Virus record (IMG/VR): IMGVR_UViG_2671180568_000004
Source: a virus
Lineage: Duplodnaviria; Heunggongvirae; Uroviricota; Caudoviricetes
Reading direction: 5' to 3' (one strand)
Length of the DNA: 54,958 nt
Below are positions 46,884 through 54,958 of the stretch, piece by piece. Each line of letters starts with the position of its first letter. Positions within the stretch are counted from its first letter, which is position 1. Made by a program: the position numbers and the translations under genes. Below the pieces are notes generated by a model. The model saw only the letters and a list, made by a program, of their open reading frames with translations, was not told the DNA's origin and ran no database searches.

Positions 46884-47861
46884 TTACCCCCTGAAGCCCG
46901 GCGGAATTTCAGTGTCCGGTTCAGAAATGTGATTCACGCAACGCTGCGCAGGCGAACGCCCCAGGCGGATAACCAGTTCATCCCATTTTTCCCGGAGTTT
47001 TGCCGGACTCATGATGTTTTTTACCCAGAACGAATCCCGCTGGAGACGCCCAAACATTTCACAAATTTGTCTGTGAGTTCTGCCATCCAGCATCCGCATT
47101 GTGCGAACGTCATTGGCCCATGCTGTCCAGTTGGGTTCTTTCGGTCTAGTGATCTCGCCATCATAGCTGGCCGCCTGCTCGTAAAGACTCACGATTCGTC
47201 CCCAGATCCACTGTGCGCACACCAAATCTTCCTGACTTCCCCACTGGCGTTTTTTCGCACTGAACACAACCGCGTCAGGGTGTCGGGTTAAAAAATCCTG
47301 TTCAGCCGTCTGCGGGTCCGGTTGCGAAGCGTCCGGACAAGAAGATCTTTTATCTGACGGATCAGGTTTTAATACTGACGGATCGGGGTCAATCATCGGC
47401 CCCCTAATCGGCAGTTTTTTATCAACAGTTGATCCATCAAAATTTGACGGGTCAACCGTTGAGGGGTCAATATTTGACGGGTCAACTGTTAACGGGTCAT
47501 TTTTTGCCGGGCTAATTTTTCTTTTCGGTTTATATGACTCACGCGCCGCCGCCGCAGCTGCTTCGAGTTTTTCCACATTAAGCCGATAGATATTGCTTAC
47601 ATTACGCCCACCGACCTTACGCTCTTCCTTCGTCAGCCAGCCCTCTTTCGCCAGTTCTGCAATAGCCGATTTCACTGTGGATTCACTTCTTGCACCGATC
47701 TGACGCCGGATAGTTTCAATGGCAGGCCATGACACGCCCTCGTCATTGCTGTAGTCTGCAAGACGGGCCATAACCGCCACCCTGGATAAGATCATGCCGG
47801 TGAAGGCGCACCCTTCCCAGACAAGACCATGAAGCTTGCTGCTCATAAAACCCCCGAACAC
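46884..47861 (-). CDS. replication initiator (O-like) containing the origin iterons
   Basis: 325 aa; HTH-like N-terminus; internal peptide repeats TVDPSNIDPSTVDPSNFDGSTVD encoded by DNA iterons; track start may be a non-ATG codon. Confidence 0.65.
   Translation of the reverse strand: MFGGFMSSKLHGLVWEGCAFTGMILSRVAVMARLADYSNDEGVSWPAIETIRRQIGARSESTVKSAIAELAKEGWLTKEERKVGGRNVSNIYRLNVEKLEAAAAAARESYKPKRKISPAKNDPLTVDPSNIDPSTVDPSNFDGSTVDKKLPIRGPMIDPDPSVLKPDPSDKRSSCPDASQPDPQTAEQDFLTRHPDAVVFSAKKRQWGSQEDLVCAQWIWGRIVSLYEQAASYDGEITRPKEPNWTAWANDVRTMRMLDGRTHRQICEMFGRLQRDSFWVKNIMSPAKLREKWDELVIRLGRSPAQRCVNHISEPDTEIPPGFRG
47429..47501. promoter_or_regulatory. origin-like iterons (4-5 copies of TTGACGGGTCAAC-like 13-mer at 15-bp spacing)
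   Basis: ttgatccatcaa 47429; ttgacgggtcaac 47444; ttgaggggtcaat 47459; ttgacgggtcaac 47474; ttaacgggtcatt 47489. Confidence 0.65.
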
Positions 47862-47868
47862 CGTGCTT

Positions 47869-48294
47869 TTAGTGCATCACCACAGCATTCCCTGCCGGGC
47901 CGCCGCGATTCATCTGGTCATACAAAACAACCGCTGACGCAACAAAATCATCGACATCCTTCACCAGCCGATCCCGCCGTTCGACGATCTCACGGTAATA
48001 TTCAGAACTGTGGCTGCGCATACGGGCCACCAGCAAAGGCGGCATCGCCTTTTCGATCGCCGGTAACAGAGCCTGCATTTTTTCAACAGCATCAGGGGTG
48101 TCTTTATCCAGCCAACGGAAAATTTTCTGGGTATTACGGGCCAGGGCTTCCGGATGGCTGTCGTCATACAGTTCCGGGAACGTCATTCCCAGCTCGAAAT
48201 ACGCTTTGGTAATTTTCGCAGCCGGCACTTTTTCGCCGTCCGGATGCGCCCAGACATTCATCGCCATGCGGATGTGTTCATGCTTGATTTTCAT
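47869..48294 (-). CDS. YdaT-like early regulator (cII position)
   Basis: 141 aa; follows the Cro-like gene. Confidence 0.55.
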   Translation of the reverse strand: MKIKHEHIRMAMNVWAHPDGEKVPAAKITKAYFELGMTFPELYDDSHPEALARNTQKIFRWLDKDTPDAVEKMQALLPAIEKAMPPLLVARMRSHSSEYYREIVERRDRLVKDVDDFVASAVVLYDQMNRGGPAGNAVVMH

Positions 48295-48559
48295 GAATCA
48301 AGCTCCTAGAAAGTGGTTGTGTTAACGTTTTGGTATCTTCCAGCTCGGGCCAAATATTCATCCAATCAAAAGGCCTTAGTTGCTGACGTGTAACTTCACC
48401 ATTACTGGCTCGCTCAATAAGGACACATAACGATGCCCCTAACACTTGACCTTTACTCAATGCCTTTCTTAGATAACCGATGCTGGTACCACACTCGCAT
48501 GCAAACATACGCTGTTCATCTGACGAAAGAGAATTGAGAAATATTCTTAATTCTTCCAT
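48278..48559 (-). CDS. Cro-like HTH repressor (YdaS-like)
   Basis: 93 aa; ATG with AAGGAG RBS; HTH around QRMFACECGTSIGYLRKALSKGQV; divergent from the CI-like gene. Confidence 0.6.
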   Translation of the reverse strand: MEELRIFLNSLSSDEQRMFACECGTSIGYLRKALSKGQVLGASLCVLIERASNGEVTRQQLRPFDWMNIWPELEDTKTLTQPLSRSLIHENQA

Positions 48560-48586
48560 AGCTACTCCTTAGTAAACACAGCAAAG

Positions 48587-48631
48587 AATACCCACAGGTA
48601 AACAAAAGTCAATACCCACAGGTTGTTTACC
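48587..48631. promoter_or_regulatory. operator region: two 13-bp direct repeats AATACCCACAGGT plus inverted repeat GGTAAACAA/TTGTTTACC
   Basis: repeats at 48587..48599 and 48611..48623 between the divergent repressor genes. Confidence 0.6.
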
Positions 48632-48659
48632 TTGCGGTAATCGCATCTATTATTTACCT

Positions 48660-49079
48660 ATGGACAAATATGAATTTAGACGACAGCAACTCATCAAAAT
48701 TCGTGATGAGAAATGCGATGGTAAAGCGGTTAACGTGGCCAGAAAGATCGGGCGCGAGCCTTCTTATGTATCAAGAATGTTGTACCCAGAGGGGAAAAAG
48801 GGAAAAAAACGGATCGCTGATGATATGGTGGAGATTATCGAAGAGTCCTTTGGGTTACCCCGGGGATGGATGGATGGTATCGTTTCATCATCAACGAACA
48901 CAGCCTCCAGTTATGAAACAAGGGTTCTAACGCCACGACAACGTATTTTTTTAGATCTCTTAGACGAACTGCCAGAAAGTGAAGCGGATAAATTATTAAA
49001 AACTCTTGAAGAGAAAAAACAGTATTACAATATGATCTACGAAGAAATCCGTAAAAAGAAAGCACAAAACGCATCATAG
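48660..49079 (+). CDS. CI-like prophage repressor (HTH only, no LexA-type peptidase domain)
   Basis: 139 aa; HTH around VNVARKIGREPSYVSRML; no Ser/Lys peptidase motifs. Confidence 0.55.
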   Translation: MDKYEFRRQQLIKIRDEKCDGKAVNVARKIGREPSYVSRMLYPEGKKGKKRIADDMVEIIEESFGLPRGWMDGIVSSSTNTASSYETRVLTPRQRIFLDLLDELPESEADKLLKTLEEKKQYYNMIYEEIRKKKAQNAS

Positions 49080-49344
49080 CTCACCAAACAACTAGTCACC
49101 AGTTAAGACACCGCAAAAATTTACCCATGGGTATTTACTTTTTAAATACCTATGGGTATCCTTCTTTTCATACCAACCCACCCCGCCCCACAGAATGCAG
49201 GGCAATACTTCGAGTTACCAGGCAGTGGTCAGGGGTTAAGTAGCCAGCCCGAGGCGTAAGAACATGACGGCAGGGTTCAACTTTAATAACTATGCAGCAG
49301 GTTTTTGTTCCGCTCCCCCGGCGTTAAGGGGAAATGAGGTCAGC

Positions 49345-49497
49345 ATGGATACTATCGATCTTGGCAACAGCGAATCTCTGGTATGTGGTGTGTTCCCAAA
49401 CCAGGACGGTACGTTCACCGCGATGACGTATACCAAAAGCAAAACGTTTAAAACCGCAGCTGGCGCGCGTCGCTGGTTAGCCAGAAACACTGACTGA
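49345..49497 (+). CDS. small left-operon protein (50 aa)
   Basis: ATG MDTIDLG with GAGGT RBS; stop overlaps next start (TGATG). Confidence 0.45.
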   Translation: MDTIDLGNSESLVCGVFPNQDGTFTAMTYTKSKTFKTAAGARRWLARNTD

Positions 49498-49847
49498 TGA
49501 GGTTGACGATGGAATTTAAAGATTTACCTCCTTCAATCCAGGAGATTGCAGCACACACACTTCGTCATCGTCTGAACGAACTTGAATTGGAATCGGTAAC
49601 AAAAAAAGACACTGATAATATGGCTCGTAATGTGCGCGATGCGTTTACTGGGCTGTTTTCAGATACAGCTTTAAATATCCATGGCACAGAGGATACAGCA
49701 AAACAATTTGCAGAAAAAGAAGTGGAAGATCCCAGTTCAAAGAGCCAGAAACAGCCAAACAACCATGAAATTAACGAACTGCTTCTGGCAACAGGCTTCA
49801 TAAATATTAACGAATATGAACGCCGTAAAAAAATGTTATCTGATTAA
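49497..49847 (+). CDS. hypothetical left-operon protein (116 aa)
   Basis: ATG coupled to the upstream stop. Confidence 0.45.
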   Translation: MRLTMEFKDLPPSIQEIAAHTLRHRLNELELESVTKKDTDNMARNVRDAFTGLFSDTALNIHGTEDTAKQFAEKEVEDPSSKSQKQPNNHEINELLLATGFININEYERRKKMLSD

Positions 49848-50030
49848 TCCATCAAGATATCTTTTTAGCATCAGCGTTTCTACGTTATTAAAACCATCAG
49901 ATTTTAACATAGCTTCGATTCGCTGATTTAAATTGCCAACTAACTGTTGATACTGAGTAGATGGAAGCATGTGTACCAGCTCCTTGAGAACACAATAACA
50001 TGCACCAAGTTTTAACTCCTGCTCTGACAT
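49836..50030 (-). CDS. hypothetical small protein (64 aa), convergent with the left operon
   Basis: ATG MSEQELKLG with GGAGGA RBS 5 nt upstream. Confidence 0.5.
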   Translation of the reverse strand: MSEQELKLGACYCVLKELVHMLPSTQYQQLVGNLNQRIEAMLKSDGFNNVETLMLKRYLDGLIR

Positions 50031-50369
50031 TTTATCCTCCATTGAGGTTACTGGTTGAGAATGGAGACCTCTCGTGACAGCGTGTGGTCGTGCGCCGGAC
50101 ACGGATAAGAATCCGGCACTGACAGTTTACTGAAAGGATATTTCCCTGAAAAGTCAGACCATAACGCGAAAGCGCACGGCGAGGTAGCTGGTTCATAGAT
50201 AGCCTGTCGTTAAATTTTCGTCGACCGTGCGCTTCCGGTTGTGGCAATCCGCGAAATGGCGCGGCGGTAAGTATGGCGGGGTTATTCCTTCCCCCGTTGA
50301 GGACACCGGGTTGTCAGGTTGACCATACGCTTAAGTGACAACCCCGCTGCAACGCCCTCTGTTATCAAT

Positions 50370-50427
50370 TTTCTGGTGACGTTTGGCGGTATCAGTTTTA
50401 CTCCGTGACTGCTCTGCCGCCCTTTTT
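50370..50427 (+). ncRNA. dicF: DicF small RNA (ftsZ-targeting), with intrinsic terminator
   Basis: TTTCTGGTGACGTTTGGCGGTATCAGTTTTACTCCGTGACTGCTCUGCCGCCC plus T-run matches E. coli DicF as recalled; about 170 nt upstream of dicB as in Qin. Confidence 0.85.
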
Positions 50428-50596
50428 AAAGTGAATTTTGTGATGTGGTGAATGCGGCTGAGCGCACGCGGAACAGTTAAAACCAAAAACAGTGTTATGG
50501 GTGGATTCTCTGTATCCGGCGTTAATTGTTAACTGGTTAACGTCACCTGGAGGCACCAGGCACCGCATCACAAAATTCATTGTTGAGGACGCGATA

Positions 50597-50785
50597 ATGG
50601 AAACGTTATTACCAAACGTTAATACGTCTGAAGGTTGTTTTGAAATTGGTGTCACTATCAGTAACCCTGTATTTACTGAAGATGCCATTAACAAGAGAAA
50701 ACACGAACGGGAGCTATTAAATAAAATATGCATTCTTTCAATGCTGGCCCGTTTACGTCCGATACAAAAAGGATGCTGGCAATGA
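50597..50785 (+). CDS. dicB: cell division inhibitor DicB
   Basis: METLLPNVNTSEGCFEIGVTISNPVFTEDAINKRKHERELLNKICILSMLARLRPIQKGCWQ; ATG with GAGGA RBS. Confidence 0.85.
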   Translation: METLLPNVNTSEGCFEIGVTISNPVFTEDAINKRKHERELLNKICILSMLARLRPIQKGCWQ

Positions 50786-50973
50786 ATACAGCATTTGCAC
50801 TTGTTCTGACAGTTTTTCTTGTTTCCGGAGAGCCAGTTGATATTGCAGTCAGTGTTCACAGGACAATGCAGGAGTGTGTGACTGCAGCAACCGAACAGAA
50901 AATTCCCGGTAACTGTTACCCGGTCGATAAAGTTATTCACCAGGATAATAACGAAATCCCGGCAGGTCTTTAA
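50782..50973 (+). CDS. ydfD: YdfD-like small lysis-associated protein
   Basis: MNTAFALVLTVFLVSGEPVDIAVSVHRTMQEC...; ATGA overlap with the dicB stop. Confidence 0.75.
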   Translation: MNTAFALVLTVFLVSGEPVDIAVSVHRTMQECVTAATEQKIPGNCYPVDKVIHQDNNEIPAGL

Positions 50974-51065
50974 AACAGTTCCGTAATAAATATCCGGTTT
51001 CATTCTTATATGCCAGCAATGGCAGGGATTTGTTCACCCTTAAATCTGTAATGAGGTAAAACAAA

Positions 51066-53537
51066 ATGAGTAAAGTCTTTATTTGCGCCGCCATTCCGGA
51101 CGAACAGGCAATAAAGGAAGAAGGTGCCGTCGCTGTAGCCACTGCCATTGAAGCCGGTGATGAACGTCGCGCCCGCGCAAAATTTCACTGGCAATTCCTG
51201 GAGCATTATCCGGCTGCTCAGGACTGCGCTTATAAATTTCTTGTCTGCGAGGATAAACCCGGTATACCCCGCCCTGCCCTCGATTCCTGGGATGCTGAAT
51301 ATATGCAGGAAAACCGCTGGGATGAGGAGTCTGCTTCCTTTGTCCCGGTTGAGACTGAATCCGATCCGATGAACGTCACTTTTGACAAGCTGGCCCCTGA
51401 AGTACAGAACGCTGTCATGGTTAAGTTCGACACATGTGAAAACATCACCGTTGATATGGTGATTAGCGCACAGGAATTGTTGCAGGAAGACATGGCAACA
51501 TTCGACGGACATATCGTTGAAGCGTTGATGAAAATGCCAGAAGTTAACGCCATGTATCCGGAGCTTAAGCTGCATGCCATCGGGTGGGTTAAGCATAAAT
51601 GTAAGCCTGGTGCCAAATGGCCCGAAATTCAGGCAGAGATGCGCATCTGGAAAAAACGTCGCGAAGGTGAACGCAAGGAAACCGGAAAATACACGTCTGT
51701 TGTTGATCTCGCCCGCGCCAGAACCAATCAACAGCACAGTGAAAATTCAACAGGAAAAATCAGCCCGGTCATTGCTGCCATTCATCGCGAATACAAGCAG
51801 ACATGGAAAACACTGGATGACGAACTGGCCTACGCTCTCTGGCTTGGTGATGTGGATGCCGGAAACATTGACGGCAGCATCCATCGCTGGGCAAAAAATG
51901 AAGTTATCGACAACGACCGCGAAGACTGGAAGCGTATCTCGGCATCAATGCGCAAACAGCCTGATGCCCTTCGCTACGACCGCCAGACTATTTTTGGCCT
52001 TGTCCGTGAACGTCCGATCGACATTCACAAAGACCCTGTGGCACTGAACAAATACATTACTGAATACCTGACTACAAAGGGCGTGTTTGAAGATGAAGGA
52101 AGAAATCAGAGCGCAACTGATACTCTCTCGTCGCCAGTACCAGAAACTGATGCAGTGGAAACGGCAATTCCGGGCAACGAAAAAACCGAATGCAAAGTGG
52201 AAGTCGAACCATCTGTAGAGCGTGAGGGGCCGTTCTACTTCCTCTTCACCGACAAGGATGGCGAAAAATACGGTCGCGCAAACAAACTTTCTGGTCTGGA
52301 AAAAGCACTAGCCTTGGGAGCTACGGAAATCACAAAAGAGGAATACTTCGCACGTAAAAACGGCACGTACTCAGGTTCACAACAAAATACTGGTGCATCT
52401 GACACGACCGCACAACCAGAGCCGGTAAAAGTTACCGCTGACGAAGTAAACAAAATTATGCAGGCAGCCAATATCAGCCAGCCTGACGCCGATAAGTTGC
52501 TTGCTGCCTCTCGCGGAGAATTTGTTGCAGGGATTAGCGACCCGAATGATCCGAAATGGGTAAAGGGGATTGAAACCCGCGATTCTGTAAACCAGAACCA
52601 GCAAGAATCGGAACAGAACGACCAGAAAGCGGAACAAAACAGCCCAAATACGCAACAAAACGAGCCAGAAACGAAACAACCTGAGCCAGTAGCGCAACAG
52701 GAACCGGAAAAAGTCTGCACCGCCTGCGGTCAAAGCGGTGGCGGCAACTGCCCTGATTGTGGCGCGGTGATGGGTGACGCAACATACCAGGAAACATTCG
52801 ATGAAGAGAATCAGGTTGAAGTTCAGGAAAATGATCCGAAGGAAATGGAAGGCGCTGAACATCCACACAAGGAGAATGCTGGTAGCACTCAGGATCACGC
52901 CAGCGATAGTGAAACTGGCGAGACGGCAGATCCCTTAATTACGATGAACGGTCATTACGTTATCACATCCACCAGCAGGACGTGTGACCATCTAATGATC
53001 GACCTTGAAACCATGGGAAAAAATCCTGATGCCCCGATTATCTCAATAGGTGCAATATTTTTCGATCCGCAAACCGGAGATATGGGACCGGAATTTAGTA
53101 AGACTATCGATCTGGAAACTGCTGGCGGAGTCATTGATCGTGACGTCATTAAAAGGTGGCTGAAGCAATCACGTGAAGCGCAGTCTGCCATTATGACCGA
53201 TGAAATCCCGTTAGATGATGCACTGTTACAATTGCGGGAATTTATCGACGAAAACTCCGGTGAATTTTTTGTTCAGGTCTGGGGAAATGGAGCCAACTTC
53301 GACAACACGATTTTGCGCCGTTCATACGAACGGCAGGGGATCCCCTGCCCGTGGCGTTACTACAACGATCGCGATGTACGCACAATCGTTGAGCTGGGGA
53401 AAGCCATAGACTTCGATGCCAGAACGGCTATTCCATTCGAAGGTGAGCGCCATAATGCACTTGATGACGCCCGTTACCAGGCAAAATACGTTTCAGTTAT
53501 CTGGCAAAAACTGATCCCGAATCAGGCTGATTTTTAA
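51066..53537 (+). CDS. RecE-like N-terminal/linker region fused to a C-terminal DnaQ-like (DEDDh) 3'-5' exonuclease domain
   Basis: 823 aa; central DADKLLAASRGEFVAGISDPNDPKWVKGIETRDSVNQNQ...CTACGQSGGGNCPDCGAVMGDATYQETF resembles Rac RecE; C-terminus has MIDLETMG, VWGNGANFDNTIL and HNALDDARYQA instead of the RecE nuclease domain. Confidence 0.7.
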   Translation: MSKVFICAAIPDEQAIKEEGAVAVATAIEAGDERRARAKFHWQFLEHYPAAQDCAYKFLVCEDKPGIPRPALDSWDAEYMQENRWDEESASFVPVETESDPMNVTFDKLAPEVQNAVMVKFDTCENITVDMVISAQELLQEDMATFDGHIVEALMKMPEVNAMYPELKLHAIGWVKHKCKPGAKWPEIQAEMRIWKKRREGERKETGKYTSVVDLARARTNQQHSENSTGKISPVIAAIHREYKQTWKTLDDELAYALWLGDVDAGNIDGSIHRWAKNEVIDNDREDWKRISASMRKQPDALRYDRQTIFGLVRERPIDIHKDPVALNKYITEYLTTKGVFEDEGRNQSATDTLSSPVPETDAVETAIPGNEKTECKVEVEPSVEREGPFYFLFTDKDGEKYGRANKLSGLEKALALGATEITKEEYFARKNGTYSGSQQNTGASDTTAQPEPVKVTADEVNKIMQAANISQPDADKLLAASRGEFVAGISDPNDPKWVKGIETRDSVNQNQQESEQNDQKAEQNSPNTQQNEPETKQPEPVAQQEPEKVCTACGQSGGGNCPDCGAVMGDATYQETFDEENQVEVQENDPKEMEGAEHPHKENAGSTQDHASDSETGETADPLITMNGHYVITSTSRTCDHLMIDLETMGKNPDAPIISIGAIFFDPQTGDMGPEFSKTIDLETAGGVIDRDVIKRWLKQSREAQSAIMTDEIPLDDALLQLREFIDENSGEFFVQVWGNGANFDNTILRRSYERQGIPCPWRYYNDRDVRTIVELGKAIDFDARTAIPFEGERHNALDDARYQAKYVSVIWQKLIPNQADF

Positions 53538-53601
53538 TGTTCAACCCCGGTCGTTGCCCACCAGCTATAGTGGCGGCGACCATGATTAGCGAACGACGCT
53601 C

Positions 53602-53850
53602 ATGGCAAGACTTATTCTGCTCACTGAGTGGGCAAAAGAGGAATTCAGTGAACCGGTCCCAACTCCGAGTACGTTAAGTAAATACGCTAAAGCCGGAATG
53701 ATATTTCCTCTCCCCAAAAAAGTTGGAAGACGCTGGCGAGTGGATCCGCAAGCTCGCTTTGTCGGAATGGTAAACAAGCCGGAGGTGATCGCCACAGATC
53801 ACCCTGCTTTGAAGAGGATACTGGAAGATGGCGCGCCCGCGAAAATATAA
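53602..53850 (+). CDS. xis: excisionase
   Basis: 82 aa; immediately upstream of and overlapping int. Confidence 0.65.
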   Translation: MARLILLTEWAKEEFSEPVPTPSTLSKYAKAGMIFPLPKKVGRRWRVDPQARFVGMVNKPEVIATDHPALKRILEDGAPAKI

Positions 53851-54958
53851 AACCAATGTTCCGGGATTATCTCCGTATTTTGACAAAAGAAATAACAAAG
53901 TTTACTGGCGTTACAGGCATCCCATAACAGGCAAAAATCACGGTCTCGGCAGTATTGACCAGAAACTGGCAGAAACTATTGCAGCAGAAGCGAACAGCCG
54001 TATTGCCCGGCAGCAAATGGAACAAATGCTCAGTCTGCAGGAGAAAATTATTAGTGATACCGGCGGTTCATCAACCGTTACCATTTTTCTGAATAATTAC
54101 AGAAAAATTCAACAGGAAAGATATGAAAACGGCGAGATCAAACTCAACACGCTGAAACAGAAAGCGGCCCCTCTCAGGGTATTTGATGAACGTTTTGGCA
54201 CCAGACCGTTAGATGCCATAACCGTAAAAGATGTGGTATCAGTACTGGAAGAGTACAAGGCCAGAGGACATAACAGAATGGGACAAATTTTCAGGAAGGT
54301 ACTGATCGATGTTTTCCGGGAAGCTCAGCAAACGGGCGATGTCCCGCCAGGCTTTAACCCTGCAGAATCGGCAAAAAAACCGCAGGTGCGGATATCAAGA
54401 CAGCGACTGACTTTTGATGAGTGGATGATGATTTATAACGCAGCGGAAAAGGATGGTTACTTTTTACAGCGCGGTATGCTGCTGGCACTGATGACAGGCC
54501 AGCGCCTTTCAGATATTTGCAAAATGCAATTTTCGGATATCCGGGATGGTTATCTTCATGTCGAACAGCAAAAAACAGGAACCCGGATTGCCATCCCTCT
54601 GGCTCTGCGTTGCGATAAATTAAATCTCACCCTGGATGATGTGGTGTCATCCTGCCGCGATTGCGTTCTTAGTCCGTGGCTATTGCACCACCATCACGCG
54701 AAAGGGACAGCTAAGCGCGGCGGGATGGTTAAGCCAGCAACATTAACCGTTGCATTTAAAAAAGCCCGGGATTCTGTGGATTACAACTGGCGTGCTAATG
54801 GCACCCCACCCTCTTTCCATGAGCAGAGATCTTTATCAGAGCGATTGTTCAGAGAGCAGGGGGTTGATACCAAAATTTTGCTGGGCCATTCGAATCAAAA
54901 AATGACCGATATTTACAACGACGCACGCGGTAAGGAATGGAAAAAACTGGTCATTTGA
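53828..54958 (+). CDS. int: tyrosine-type site-specific integrase
   Basis: 376 aa; catalytic-domain pattern R...HxxR...Y near the C-terminus; stop at the last three bases of the window. Confidence 0.9.
   Translation: MARPRKYKTNVPGLSPYFDKRNNKVYWRYRHPITGKNHGLGSIDQKLAETIAAEANSRIARQQMEQMLSLQEKIISDTGGSSTVTIFLNNYRKIQQERYENGEIKLNTLKQKAAPLRVFDERFGTRPLDAITVKDVVSVLEEYKARGHNRMGQIFRKVLIDVFREAQQTGDVPPGFNPAESAKKPQVRISRQRLTFDEWMMIYNAAEKDGYFLQRGMLLALMTGQRLSDICKMQFSDIRDGYLHVEQQKTGTRIAIPLALRCDKLNLTLDDVVSSCRDCVLSPWLLHHHHAKGTAKRGGMVKPATLTVAFKKARDSVDYNWRANGTPPSFHEQRSLSERLFREQGVDTKILLGHSNQKMTDIYNDARGKEWKKLVI

Noticed and set aside
50398-51003. 201-aa minus-strand Cys-rich ORF
   Set aside because: Antisense to the well-supported dicB and ydfD genes and DicF terminator region; no RBS.

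Overview
This window reads as one near-complete lambdoid prophage of an Escherichia/Shigella-type host, in minus orientation from immunity to tail fibres, with the left-operon genes, xis and int on the plus strand at the 3' end. All homology calls come from reading the translated ORFs and recalled protein families, not from a database search; coordinates are from the ORF track refined by start codon and RBS inspection, and may be off by a few bases. Plus-strand end (49.3-55.0 kb): small left-operon genes, DicF sRNA, dicB, ydfD, a RecE-like/DnaQ-like exonuclease, xis and int. Minus-strand order: CI-like and Cro-like repressors with operator repeats, YdaT-like regulator, O-like initiator with ori iterons, an IS66-family insertion (8-bp TSD), nin-region genes, Hok toxin, DUF968, rusA, Q with pR'/tR', Dam-like methylase, tRNAs, a NanS-p-like esterase, a lysis cassette (holin, SAR endolysin, Rz/Rz1), HNH-TerS-TerL, protease-capsid fusion, portal, connectors, lambda-like tail genes V-G/GT-H-M-L-K-I-J, lom, two tail-fibre genes and a methyltransferase moron. 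No Shiga toxin genes are present at the position they occupy in Stx phages. Four N10 runs are each followed by a verbatim restart of upstream sequence, so the esterase gene and the IS region are scaffold-distorted. I found no single clearly novel multi-gene system; the most interesting candidates are cargo modules at phage hotspots (the stx-equivalent locus, inside the lysis cassette, the tail-fibre end), an unusual exonuclease fusion, and a candidate small RNA between tail genes I and J.
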